DNA of 63,970 nt, the filler included, from Reclinomonas americana ATCC 50394 (Eukaryota): assembly GCA_048213135.1 (NCBI GenBank). It is 11 parts of 6 records of this genome, joined end to end, with 100 filler letters (N's around TTAATTAATTAA, not from the genome) between each part and the next. Parts side by side here need not be neighbours in the genome. Positions count along the whole stretch, not along the records: positions 1 to 15,715 come from PS015735.1; 10 more parts are not named here. One strand, 5' to 3'. The stretch's first letter is position 1; every line of letters starts with the position of its first letter. The position numbers and the translations under genes are program-made. Below the pieces are notes generated by a model that worked only from the letters and a program-made list of their open reading frames with translations, ran no database searches and was not told the DNA's origin. Of the stretch, positions 1 to 11,292 are shown piece by piece.

Positions 1-1
1 T

Positions 2-2044
2 GTGCTCGATGCGCTGTCGCACGTACCGAATGCGCCTGTGCGCATCGATGTGAAGCGACCGAGTCGTGCGCTCAGCGACGAGCAGACCGAGTGGCGCGGT
101 GAGGTTGCCGTGCATGCGCGACAGGAGCGCCGGGAATTCGCGCAGCGCACAAGCGACGCAACGACGGCCTTCCGCACCAAGTGGCACTTGCCGGCCGCCA
201 ATCCGCCCATCGACACTGGCGAGTGGCCGGAGGGACCCCTCGCCCTGCCGCCCCCGCGACCGCGTGTGCCGTCGCCACCACCTGGCAGGGTGGAGCCTCC
301 GGAGGCGGCGTGGCACAGCGCCTGCACGCGCTGCTGGGTGCGCCAGTGCACCACCGCGTTCCGACCGTGCGGCCACGAAGTCATGTGTCGTGTTGCGTCG
401 TCGCCGCCTGTCGACTCCCGTGTCGTGGCGTGTCACNNNNNNNNNNNNNNNNNNNNNNNNNNNNNNNNNNNNNNNNNNNNNNNNNNNNNNNNNNNNNNNN
501 NNNNNNNNNNNNNNNNNNNNNNNNNNNNNNNNNNNNNNNNNNNNNNNNNNNNNNNNNNNNNNNNNNNNNNNNNNNNNNNNNNNNNNNNNNNNNNNNNNNN
601 NNNNNNNNNNNNNNNNNNNNNNNNNNNNNNNNNNNNNNNNNNNNNNNNNNNNNNNNNNNNNNNNNNNNNNNNNNNNNNNNNNNNNNNNNNNNNNNNNNNN
701 NNNNNNNNNNNNNNNNNNNNNNNNNNNNNNNNNNNNNNNNNNNNNNNNNNNNNNNNNNNNNNNNNNNNNNNNNNNNNNNNNNNNNNNNNNNNNNNNNNNN
801 NNNNNNNNNNNNNNNNNNNNNNNNNNNNNNNNNNNNNNNNNNNNNNNNNNNNNNNNNNNNNNNNNNNNNNNNNNNNNNNNNNNNNNNNNNNNNNNNNNNN
901 NNNNNNNNNNNNNNNNNNNNNNNNNNNNNNNNNNNNNNNNNNNNNNNNNNNNNNNNNNNNNNNNNNNNNNNNNNNNNNNNNNNNNNNNNNNNNNNNNNNN
1001 NNNNNNNNNNNNNNNNNNNNNNNNNNNNNNNNNNNNNNNNNNNNNNNNNNNNNNNNNNNNNNNNNNTGAAAAAACTTACTGTTTTGCATCACCGGGCAGG
1101 AATGTGCGACGGTGCTGATGGAGCAGCGCCCGGTGTGCCCCATTTGCCAGGCGGTGGTCAACCGGTTCGACGAGGACAGTGAGCGGTTCGGCCTGCACTT
1201 TGGGTACGAGGAGGCGGCGCGCAGACTGCCGCCGGAGGAGCTGATGCGTATCAAGCGAGACGAGCACTCGTGGGAGCTGCAAGTGGCGGACGGACCGCGC
1301 GAGGACGTCGCGGCCATGTCGACCCGCAGCCTGGCGCTCGTCATGTTGCAGGGTGTGGAGGAGCGGCATCGCACGACACGCGAAATGTACGGCGACAGCC
1401 ATCCGCAGACGCTGAACGCGCTGGTGGCGCTGGCCGACGCTCACCGCCGAGCCAAGCAGTACGACGTGGCGGCTGCCATGTACGAGCGGTGCCTGGAATC
1501 CAGGCGTCGTTCAGCGTCGGCCACCGCCGACACGGACGAGATTGTGTCGATCCTGTTTGCGCTGGCCGACGTGCGCCGATCGCAGAACCAGCTGCCGGAA
1601 GCCGCTCGTCTCTACCGCGAGTGCCTGCAGCTGCGCCGCGAGATTGAGCGCCGTGCTCTGGAGGCGGAGACGGCGGACGGCGACCACACCGTGTCGCTGC
1701 TCAAGGCCGACAAGTTGCGCGCCATGCAGGCGCTGGCCGACACGCTGCGGCTCATTGACGACCGCGACGCCCTGGAGGAGGCCGCCCTACTGAACGCCGA
1801 CTGCGTGGCGGAGCGAGTGGAGTTGCTCGGCGAACGGCACAACGACACGCTGGCGTCGCTGCGCGAACTCGGCATCACCTACTGCCGGCTCGGGCGGTTC
1901 GAGGAGAGCATCGAGACGCACCGCCGCCACTTTGACTTGTGCCGCGAGGTCTACGGCGCCGGCCATCGCGAGACGCAAAAGGCACTGTCGCTGCTATCGG
2001 CGGCGGTGGCTTACCGCGATGCAGGCGGCAGAGAGAGGCAGTGA
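2..2044 (+). CDS. RING-finger (C3HC4_3-type) + TPR_10/TPR_12 repeat protein, putative E3 ligase; 5' partial, one intron spanning the N gap
   Basis: CTRCWVRQCTTAFRPCGHEVMCR | ECATVLMEQRPVCPIC forms one RING when spliced 392-1099. It is followed by kinesin-light-chain-type TPRs (YGDSHPQTLNALVALA, LGERHNDTLASLRELGITY, YGAGHRETQKAL). Confidence 0.8.
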
Positions 2045-2495
2045 ATGAATATCAATTAATGATACAGAATGTATCGGTGTCGAGAATATCCGCAGCGATG
2101 CAAAGAGCGACGAAGTGAGTGTGTATGCTGATTCACGCTCACGAGGCACTCGCCCCCCTTGCAGCTGCAGCAACAGCGAAAGAGTGGCCACGATGATTAC
2201 GTGTGTTCGAAATTAGACAAGGTGCGTTCTCTTCACGGCCACACAGCCGCTGCCGCCACCGACTCGCCACCACAGCAGTGGTAGAGCAAGTATGCGCACA
2301 AGCCAGAGACACGGGGGAGAAGAAAAAGAAGGATCTGACAATCAATGACTTTTCAGACGCACAACTTCTCGCACTCTCTCGCACCCCCTCCTCTCTCTCT
2401 CGCCCCTGCTTGCTCACGTTATACCACCACGTGTGTCACTTTTTATTCACCGCACATTGACGGCACTCTCAACACACACACTCATTTGTTTCTCC

Positions 2496-3077
2496 TCACG
2501 AGGTCACATACAGCGACCCGCCACCCTTGATAAGGTAGCGCACATTCTGGTCCTCGATGACGATGCAGCCCTCGCTGGGGTTGGCGCCACAGCTGCCGCC
2601 ATGAATCAAGAAGCCGGAGCGGCCGCAGGCGTTGCCCGAGATCTGCGAGAGCGGGTAGCAGTACGCCATGCCCTTGAAGGTGGTCATCGAGCCGATGCGG
2701 TACGTGCCGCGTGGCAGCGGGCCCACGCCCACATCGCACTGGCACGAGGGGTTGTTGCGGCAACGGCCCGACTGTCCACTGCAGCCGTACACGTTGATCT
2801 GGCCCTTGTTGTCGAAGCGCGGGCCGGTGAAGTGGCCCGACGACTGGCTGTAGAAGTAGGCGTAGTCGGTAAGCGTCTGCTCGTCCACTGGCGGGAACAG
2901 CTCCTCCAGGGTCTTGTTGAAGAGCGCCATGGCGTTCGCCTCGGTCCACTCAAACTGACCCATGGGCGAGAAGTCGTCGCCGGCCGCGAAGGAGTTGGCG
3001 CTGAGGTCGTAGGCCGTGGCCAGCACGGTGGTCAGCGCGAGTGCGGCGATAAAGGTGAGCAGGAGACGAGCGCGCAT
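2496..3077 (-). CDS. Secreted Tlde1/DUF2778-family (L,D-transpeptidase-like fold) protein, intronless, 193 aa
   Basis: Signal peptide MRARLLLTFIAALALTTVLA. Family motifs YSQSSG, GCSG..G..RNNP, GPLPRGTYRIG, GRSGFLIHG and SEGCIV. Confidence 0.85.
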   Translation of the reverse strand: MRARLLLTFIAALALTTVLATAYDLSANSFAAGDDFSPMGQFEWTEANAMALFNKTLEELFPPVDEQTLTDYAYFYSQSSGHFTGPRFDNKGQINVYGCSGQSGRCRNNPSCQCDVGVGPLPRGTYRIGSMTTFKGMAYCYPLSQISGNACGRSGFLIHGGSCGANPSEGCIVIEDQNVRYLIKGGGSLYVTS

Positions 3078-4426
3078 GGGAGAAGGGGAATAGGGGAAAC
3101 GAGGTGTCCGGCAGGACTTCGGTTGGGCTGCGGAGAGGAACGATGGCCTCGAGCACACTGGCACTGATTGTGACCACTCTTGAAGGGATCCGTGACTTGT
3201 TGAGTCAACGCGATGTCAGACGTCGACTTCGACAAGCATTTACGGTGAGCTCGAGAAACTGAAATGAACCGCAGCGCAGCGGCCGAGAAGAAATAAACAC
3301 GGTCCGCTAACACAGCTAGGTGGAGGATGAGAACAACGATGCGCTTTCATGGGTGGTCGATGCGATCCGTTGCACTCCGCTCGCTGCGGAAACTCGCGAA
3401 CGTTAAATTGACGAGACACGTGCACGCTGCGCTGCGGTCGCGCGCTGCGCACGATCGCAGTTTGCCTCCACTCATCCAGCAAAGAGGCCTCGTCCATGTC
3501 AGAAAAGCACCCTCCCACTGCAGGGCTGAGAAGCGCTGTGATGACCAACTGCAAGTTCAACCNNNNNNNNNNNNNNNNNNNNNNNNNNNNNNNNNNNNNN
3601 NNNNNNNNNNNNNNNNNNNNNNNNNNNNNNNNNNNNNNNNNNNNNNNNNNNNNNNNNNNNNNNNNNNNNNNNNNNNNNNNNNNNNNNNNNNNNNNNNNNN
3701 NNNNNNNNNNNNNNNNNNNNNNNNNNNNNNNNNNNNNNNNNNNNNNNNNNNNNNNNNNNNNNNNNNNNNNNNNNNNNNNNNNNNNNNNNNNNNNNNNNNN
3801 NNNNNNNNNNNNNNNNNNNNNNNNNNNNNNNNNNNNNNNNNNNNNNNNNNNNNNNNNNNNNNNNNNNNNNNNNNNNNNNNNNNNNNNNNNNNNNTGATCA
3901 CCATCTTGAGTGAGCACCAGAAACTCAGACATCACGTGAACACTGAGAGAAAGTCGAGATGGCATGCTGTACACAATCTCCCTTTTTCTCGTTATCGACC
4001 ATGTCTCGACGGCCGCCACCTGCGAAAGAATAATTCACACCTCGCGCACGCCCTTTGATTTTTCCTTTTCACCATCTCGTTGCAACCAGATATCGTTTTA
4101 AAGAATATGCGGAAAGAATGATTCTTTTTTCTTCGTACAAACACTTTTTCGGAAGAAATCAGCTGCAGCGTGCGCTTTGTCCTCTATCTTACACTTACGT
4201 CGCTCGCCGATCCCCAGCGCCCACCCCAGGTCTGCCACTGATCGCTCATCTTGTACAACCCTCCAGTGGGACGTGACTAGTTGCCGAACGGAACGAGATT
4301 AATAAACACCAGCTCGCCGTTTTGATTGCACCTGTCCGGATTCACGATGATTCCCAAAACGGAAGAGAAAAACAGTGTGTGAGAGAGAGAAGGCAACGCC
4401 AATCAATCAATCTCGACCACCACACC

Positions 4427-5778
4427 ATGGGCTGCACTCCCAGCCTCCACATCCGCCAAGTAGGAGGCGCGACCACCATGGCCAGAAAACGAGTGATAGT
4501 GGCGGCGGTGACAGTGAACGTGGCGGCGACACCACAACACATGACGCCAGTGGCCGACAGTGGTGCGCTGCACCGCGACGAGCTGCTGCAGCAGAGTGCG
4601 CAGTGGGACGACGAGCCAGCACCACCGATGGTGCGTGTGTGTGTGAGAGAGAGAGAGGAGGCCTAGGGAGAGAAAAACTGGGTTGATTATCACTGCTCGG
4701 TTTCACTCATCTGATGTGCAGAGCACGCACACACGGGCGCGAAGCATGGCCTACACCACTCGCACCATGGACGACACAGCTGGCAGTGAGTGGACAGTGG
4801 GCTGCACCACCGAGTTGGTAACAATGGAAACCAGTCGCACGGATCACGAACGACGAAACCGACGACGCAGTTCAGCGTTTCCCGGGCGGCAGTTCAGCAC
4901 CGGTGGCGGTGACGGTGATGGCGACGATGATGATGATGACGACGGCGGCGAGCAGGTCGATGATGGCGACAACGATGGGGCGTTGTTTATGTGCGACGGC
5001 ACTGGCCAGTCGGTTTTTGACGTCGACGCGTGCAATAGGAAACAATCGGTCTGCACGCCGAACGGCAGCGAAAGAAAGGCCACGGCGGTTTCCATTAAGA
5101 CGAGTAGTGCGGCACGTATCGCTGTTGGTGGTGGCGGCGACGACACAGCAGGCGGTGATAATGTTGCGTACTCACCATGATCAAAAACTGCGCAGCTTGT
5201 CCGGCATCCCTGCTCACCTCCATTGGCATGTATAGGTGCGACCCACTGCAATGTCGGCGGTGCCGGTTATGCGGGCTCGCCGCGGACGGCAGCCGGTGAG
5301 GCTGGGCAGCAATGCACTGGGTGTTGGAGGACAGGCGGCGAGTGAGAGTGGCGGTGTGCATCGGTCCTCCTCGCCCGCGCCGGTGGCAGGCAGCAACCGC
5401 AGCGGCACGCCGGTGAAGAGCCTGATGCAAGCAGTCGGCAGCGACTCCAGCCGGAGAGAATCCATTTGCTCCATGTTGCGTGCCGTCATCATCGACACGT
5501 GCATCCGCACGCTCATCGTACGCTTACCGTTTGTGCAAACACATTGCAGTTTTTCGGCAAACAAGACCTGGCTGAGTGAGGACCTGCTGGTGAGCAGTGG
5601 TCTCAAGCAAACCGGATCGACACTGGCGTGCGATGACTACCGACCGCAAGCACCAGTGGACGCGGGAGCCGAACTGGTGCGTCTCGAAACCCGAATCAAT
5701 CAATGGATCGACACGCACGTCCTTGGCCCCGACGCGTACATGCACGACTACGATGCGCATGGTATCGCGGCCAGGTGA
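4427..5778 (+). CDS. Hypothetical protein with MGC N-terminus (possible myristoylation/palmitoylation), 3 exons
   Basis: ORFs join in frame across introns 4631-4721 and 5163-5235. No recognisable domain. Confidence 0.45.
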
Positions 5779-5839
5779 CAGCAGCGGGGAGAGAAAAGAG
5801 GAGAGAATGTAATGTACACGCGAATGTTATTTTGCCAAC

Positions 5840-7295
5840 TTACACATCATACACTTGTATGTGTGGCACGTCGCGAATGCCAAAATCGCGATACGCGCGC
5901 TTGGCAAAGAGCTCCCACGCCTGTGTGAGAGTCTCCTTGATCGTCTCTATGGGGTATGTGTTGCTGGAGTCGGCGGCTGCCACAAAATACGGGTTTCCGT
6001 TTAGTCTGGCCAAACTGCATCGCCACAAGTGAAAAAAGGGATGAGAAGACGGAAGTGTGTTTGTAGAGAGAGGACCGCCCAACGCAACTGCATGTAGTTG
6101 GTGTAGTGTGGTCGTTCGCCGGAGAAGAGCTCGATCACCACCGACGCCGGATGCAAGTTCACAATGTTGACGAGGTTCGCACCATGCTCACCAATCAGTA
6201 CGCCCGCCGAGCAGTAAAAGAAGCGCGTCTGCTGACCCACGCTCCAACTATGGCGATTCGCAGTGAGCTACGACAGCAACAACAAGAAGGCGCACAATGG
6301 TCTCGCAACTTTTGCAAGTCCACCAGGCTGAGGGGAATCTTGCGGAACTTGGCAAACTCCATCACCGCGTCCACCACCTCCTGCTGATTCACGCCGGTGC
6401 GCTTGTGCCGAACGGTCCACACCAAGTGCGGCGGCTTTTCTTCCCTGCAATAATAATTCGTCAGCTCCACGTACTGCGTGTGCGTCGCCACCACTGCACG
6501 CAACTCCTTGCCCTTGCACATGCGCTGCGTGAGCTCGCTGGGCGACAGCAGCGGTTCGTCGTGTCGCAGGCCGGCCTCCGAACGCAGCAGAGCGTTGCGC
6601 GCTGCGGCGAATGCCCACGGAGTCGGCTCGCCGTGATACACATGATTCATGTGCTGGTGGCCGGCGCTATGGAACGGTACATACAAGCGCTCCGTCACCT
6701 CCAAGTCCTCGTCACCGGCACCACCACGCTCCTCCGCTGTGTGTGCAGGCAGGTGAGTGAGAAGACATTACTCTTTCTCTCTCCATCCACCAGCACGCAA
6801 CAAATGTTCCAGTTCTTGAACGCAAACTCGCGATACCGTCGCTGCACGCCACGGTACTCGACGTGAGGCTTCTCCAGCAACACGGGCAACGCAGCCACCC
6901 ACTTCGGCAGCTGCTCCAACAGACTGTGCCAGTAGTTGTAGTAGTACTTGACGTGGAGCGTGACCAGCTCGGCGAACTGTGGGTGATCGGGATCGGGCGA
7001 CCGGTCGGTGGGCGGCGCACCCAGGCGATCGCACAGCAAGTTCTCCGCCTCGTGTACTGCGCGTGCGAGCAAAGGATTGAGTGCACGTGGACACACAATA
7101 GAGGATGCGGCGAGTGAGAGTCGACGAAACATCTCTCCCATTGGTACATGGGCGCCGAGAGAATCAGAGTGCCGGGCATGGTGTGATCGTGAGGCAGAAT
7201 GATGATCTCGCCCTCCTTCAGCAGGTACACGTCGGAGTTGATGTCGCGCGGACTGATTTCCGCCAGACCCTGCGGCACAAACGCATGCGGTGAGA

Positions 7296-7347
<52 letters not shown>

Positions 7348-8456
7348 AGGAGGGGAGAGTTCCGCACGTGGTACGCCCAGTCTCCCGAGTACTCCCACGA
7401 GGCGTCGCGAGGGAATTCGACAGCAGACTCGCACAACTCGCGCGTAAAGTAATTGGGTCGCGCCGTCCACCCCAGGCCCATGGCCACAAAGTCCAAGTGC
7501 CTCCAGTTCTGCGCACAGGTAAGAAACAAAAAGAAGCTGCACGTGCAAAAAAAGAATGACAGACGAGCGCAACACTTGACTGCCATCGCGACAACACGTC
7601 GGCATTGGACTGGAGACGCGGGCACGTGTCGCGCGGATGCACGGTGCGTGGTGCGCCAAACACAAGTTTTCGGTTCTTGCCGGTCGGATCGCTGTACATG
7701 TGCGCCGCCGACTGGCTTGCACACTCGGAGAATGCGTATCGCACCTTGGCCAACTACGTAAAGTGAAGCACACACAAGTCAGCAAATAAAAACACCCCTC
7801 GCGCTCTCACAGCATCGCCTTGACACACAACACACACCGGGCACGCCACAATGTCATAGTACACAATGTACTCTTTGCGAAACGAGCCTGCTCGCTGGCA
7901 CTTGAGCACCTCGTGATTGTGTCGCAGCGACACTTGCTCCATCACCAACTGCTCTAGTTGCCACTGCACGCGCAACAACAACAACGACGTCCATCAACAT
8001 CGCGCGACTCGACTTGTACCTCAACACATGCATGCTTCAAACCGTTCGAGCAAGTCGCCGCGACTCCTCCCGCGCGCTGCCGCCCAGCATCTCCCCAAGA
8101 CACTTTTCCACATCGGTTCCACTCTGAAACACGGTGGCATCACTCGCAGCTGGCGTCGATGTCACCGCGGGTGGTGGTGGTGGTAGTGGAGGCACCGAGG
8201 AGAACACCTTGGCGCCCTCCAACGCACGCGACTCCCACGACTTCCACACTGCAGTCTGTGTGTACACCTCTAGTCGGTTCCCGCGATGCACACCACCACC
8301 GATCCACTGTTGTGTGGCGGCAGATGATGATGACGAGGAGGGCGGCAATCGCATGTAAAACATGACCAGCAGCACAGTGACTACGGCCACGGCAGCGATT
8401 GCGGTGCCGTAGAAGAAGAGTGGGGAGCGTGGTCCACCACGCCCCAGTGCCAACAT
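5840..8456 (-). CDS. Glycosyltransferase family 61 (DUF563), type II membrane protein, multi-exon
   Basis: N-terminal TM anchor (FYGTAIAAVAVVTVLLVMFY). NYWHSLLE motif and the C-terminal GT61 signature QQTRFFYCSAGVLIGEHGANLVNIV..VIELF. Confidence 0.75.
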
Positions 8457-8523
8457 GACAGAAGGAGAGCGATGGAGACAGAGAGGGGGGACACGCACAC
8501 GTGGTGGGACATCACTTCTCGCG

Positions 8524-8582
8524 ATGTGGTGGACCGCAGCAGTGCCGCGCATTGGTGAGTGTATGCCTGTGCGCGACTCACA

Positions 8583-8614
<32 letters not shown>

Positions 8615-9093
8615 GCACAGCGCGTCGGCTGTTCTCCTCTGCACCATCGGCAACCGAACTGAAGAAGCCCAAGCTGGTTATTCTTGGTTGCGTTGTCTCT
8701 CTCCCTCTCTCGTGCGCACAACGTTCTCTGGTGACTCACACGTCGCTGTGCAGGCACGGGTTGGGGTGGCTTCCGAGTGCTCAAGGTCGGTGCTGCATGC
8801 GCGTGCTGTGCGAGGAGGCTTGCATTTTGTTCACTGCTGCATGTGTGTGACAGGGCATTGACATGGACAAGTTCCGTGTGACTGTGGTGAGTCGCGTGTG
8901 CTGCATAACGCACACGGAGAGCAGCAACTGAATGGATGACACGTAGATCTCGCCACGTAACTTTTTCCTGTTCACACCACTGCTGCCATCGACTGTGACT
9001 GGTCTGTGTGTCTGTGAATGTCTGCTGTCTGCAAGCTGCCCCCACTGATCATTGTTGTTGCATGGTGCATAGGTGTTGTCGAGTTCCGGTGCG

Positions 9094-9124
<31 letters not shown>

Positions 9125-11249
9125 TGTTATAATGTGGACAACTCGCTCATGTGTGTTTGTTTAAATGTGTGCAGATCGATCACGGAGCCCGTGCGCTCGG
9201 CGCGACGTCAGCCGTTCAACTTTATCGGTATGCCTACCTACCAGTCACACTTCGCTGTCAGTGCTGCTTCTCACGTCGCGATGCATGCATCAGAGGCATT
9301 CGCCACCGATATCGACGTGGTGAAGCAGACGGTGCGATGCCAGTTGGATCGACCGCGAGAGCCCGGCGAGCACGGCTCGCAACCGTTTGACGTGCGATAC
9401 GACCAGGTGCGATGCATGCACAGTCGTAGCTATGAGCAAGCTTCCGCTCACAGTCGGCGACGCAGCTGGTCATCTCTGTCGGTGCCAAGAACTCCACGCT
9501 CAACGTCCCCGGTGTCAAGGAGTATGCGTGTCATCTGAAGGTGCCGCTGCGCATGCCCCTCGCCCTTCTTGTGTTGTGAAAGTGCTTACCGATGTGCGCA
9601 CAGGAAGTGCACGAGGGTTCGCGTTGCGCTTCAACCTGCGGATATCCGCGACAACTCACTGTCGCGTCTGCACAGCCCGCGCACTGCGGTACAAGATTTT
9701 GGACTTGTTTGAGCACGCCGCCGATCCCAATTTGACACAGCAGCAGCGCAAGGAGTTGCGCATGCCTCTTACATTCTCCACTCCTCCTGCCATGTCTCTC
9801 ACTCTCGGTCATGCAGTCTGCTCCATTTCGTCATTGTTGGTGGTGGAGTTGCGCTCGCACTGTCTGCTGCGTAAGCTCCCTTCCTGTTCCCTCGCTCACC
9901 ATACCGTGTGTCAGCCAACGGGCGTGGAGACTGCGGCCGAGGTCGCTGACATGGTCAGCGAGGATCTTCGTCGACTGTATCCCGATATTTGGCAAGACTG
10001 TGTCATCTCGTTGTTCGAGGTGCGCCGTCTTTCCTTCTTTCGTGTGTCGTCGTTTGCCAAGGGTTCGTCGCACAGGGTCGTGCACTGCTGAGTGCATTCG
10101 ACCAAGATACGCAAAGTTCCGTGTCTCGTGCTGCTCGCTTGTGATGTGTGGCCAGTGCTGACCGGACCGTCGATTGCAGCCTATGTGGAGAGGTCGTTGA
10201 AGCGTTCCAACGTCGACGTGCGCATTGGTGTGCGTGTCAAGGAGGTACGCGAGAAGGAAGTGATTCTTGGCGACGGCACCGTGGAGAAGTGTGGCATCAT
10301 TCTGTGGTCCACCGGTGAGTGTTGATTTTGGGTGCCCGCCTGCTCGCCGTCACTCTCGACCTGACCAATCGCACAGGCATTGCACCTCGCGATTCCGTGC
10401 GCGGTACGCAATTGCGCCATTGTGCCTGTCGTTCTTTTTTGTGTGTTTATTCTCTCTGCAGGGTTCAAGAACATCCCGAAGAACGAGCGAGGCATGATTG
10501 TCACAAACGAGTTCTTGCAGGTGACAACCATGGGCTCCGAGTGATAGCGGCGCGATCTCACTGCGTGCATCGCAGGTGGTTGATGCGGACGGCACGACGG
10601 GGATCAACGCCGAGGCGCGCGAGGCGCTGAACACGCGACGCAACGTCTACGCCATCGGAGACTGCGCCACGATTGTCGGACGACCGCTGGCTGCGACTGC
10701 GCAGGTGGCACAGCAGGAGGGCAAGGTTCGCCACCATTGCTGTGCCCGTGTTCTCCCCAGCTGTGTGTCGATGACATGTGTGCTGTATGTCAACAAAAGT
10801 ACGTGGCCAAGATCTTGAACCGCGGCGACAAGCAGCCACCGTTCTCGTTTATCAATCGCGGCATGCTGGCCTATGTGGTGCGAACGCGGTTGCTTCTTTG
10901 TTGCGTATGCAAGTCTGTGACTCTTCACATGCAGGGCGGCTACCGTGCGATCGCCGACATCCCCAGTGCCTCTGTCAAGTCCAGTGGCTTCATGTCGTTC
11001 CTCTTCTGGCGCTCCGCCTACCTTACCATGCTTGTGTCGCTGCGCAACAAGGTGGGCGCCGCCACAGACACGTTGATGGGTGGATGACTCTGCACTGACT
11101 GTTTCCGCCGACAGATCCTTGTACCCATTGACTGGACCAAGACTCTGCTCTTTGGGTGCGTCAACACAAACACACTCGTGCACTGAAATCATCCGTCCGT
11201 TCCCGTCCCTCACATCTCACATGACAGACGGAATACGTCGAAATTCTGA
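8524..11249 (+). CDS. Type II (alternative) NADH:ubiquinone oxidoreductase, mitochondrial; ~21 introns
   Basis: The spliced product has KPKLVILGTGWGG, ISPRNFFLFTPLLPST, FVIVGGGPTGVETAAE, VYAIGDCA, ATAQVAQQEGKY, FLFWRSAYLT and DWTKTLLFGRNTSKF*. Confidence 0.95.
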
Positions 11250-11292
11250 CAACCGAGGAAGAGGGAGGCACCATCCACATTGACTATTAAAT

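Noticed and set aside
433..1374. Long ORFs running through N gaps (also ~3560-3895, 13820-14145, 45400-45705, 53265-53640, 55430-55980)
   Set aside because: Artefacts of translating Ns.
8524..11249. Possible stop-codon reassignment or frameshifted pseudogenes suggested by fragmented ORFs
   Set aside because: All breaks are explained by short spliceosomal introns. TAA, TAG and TGA each terminate conserved genes in this window.
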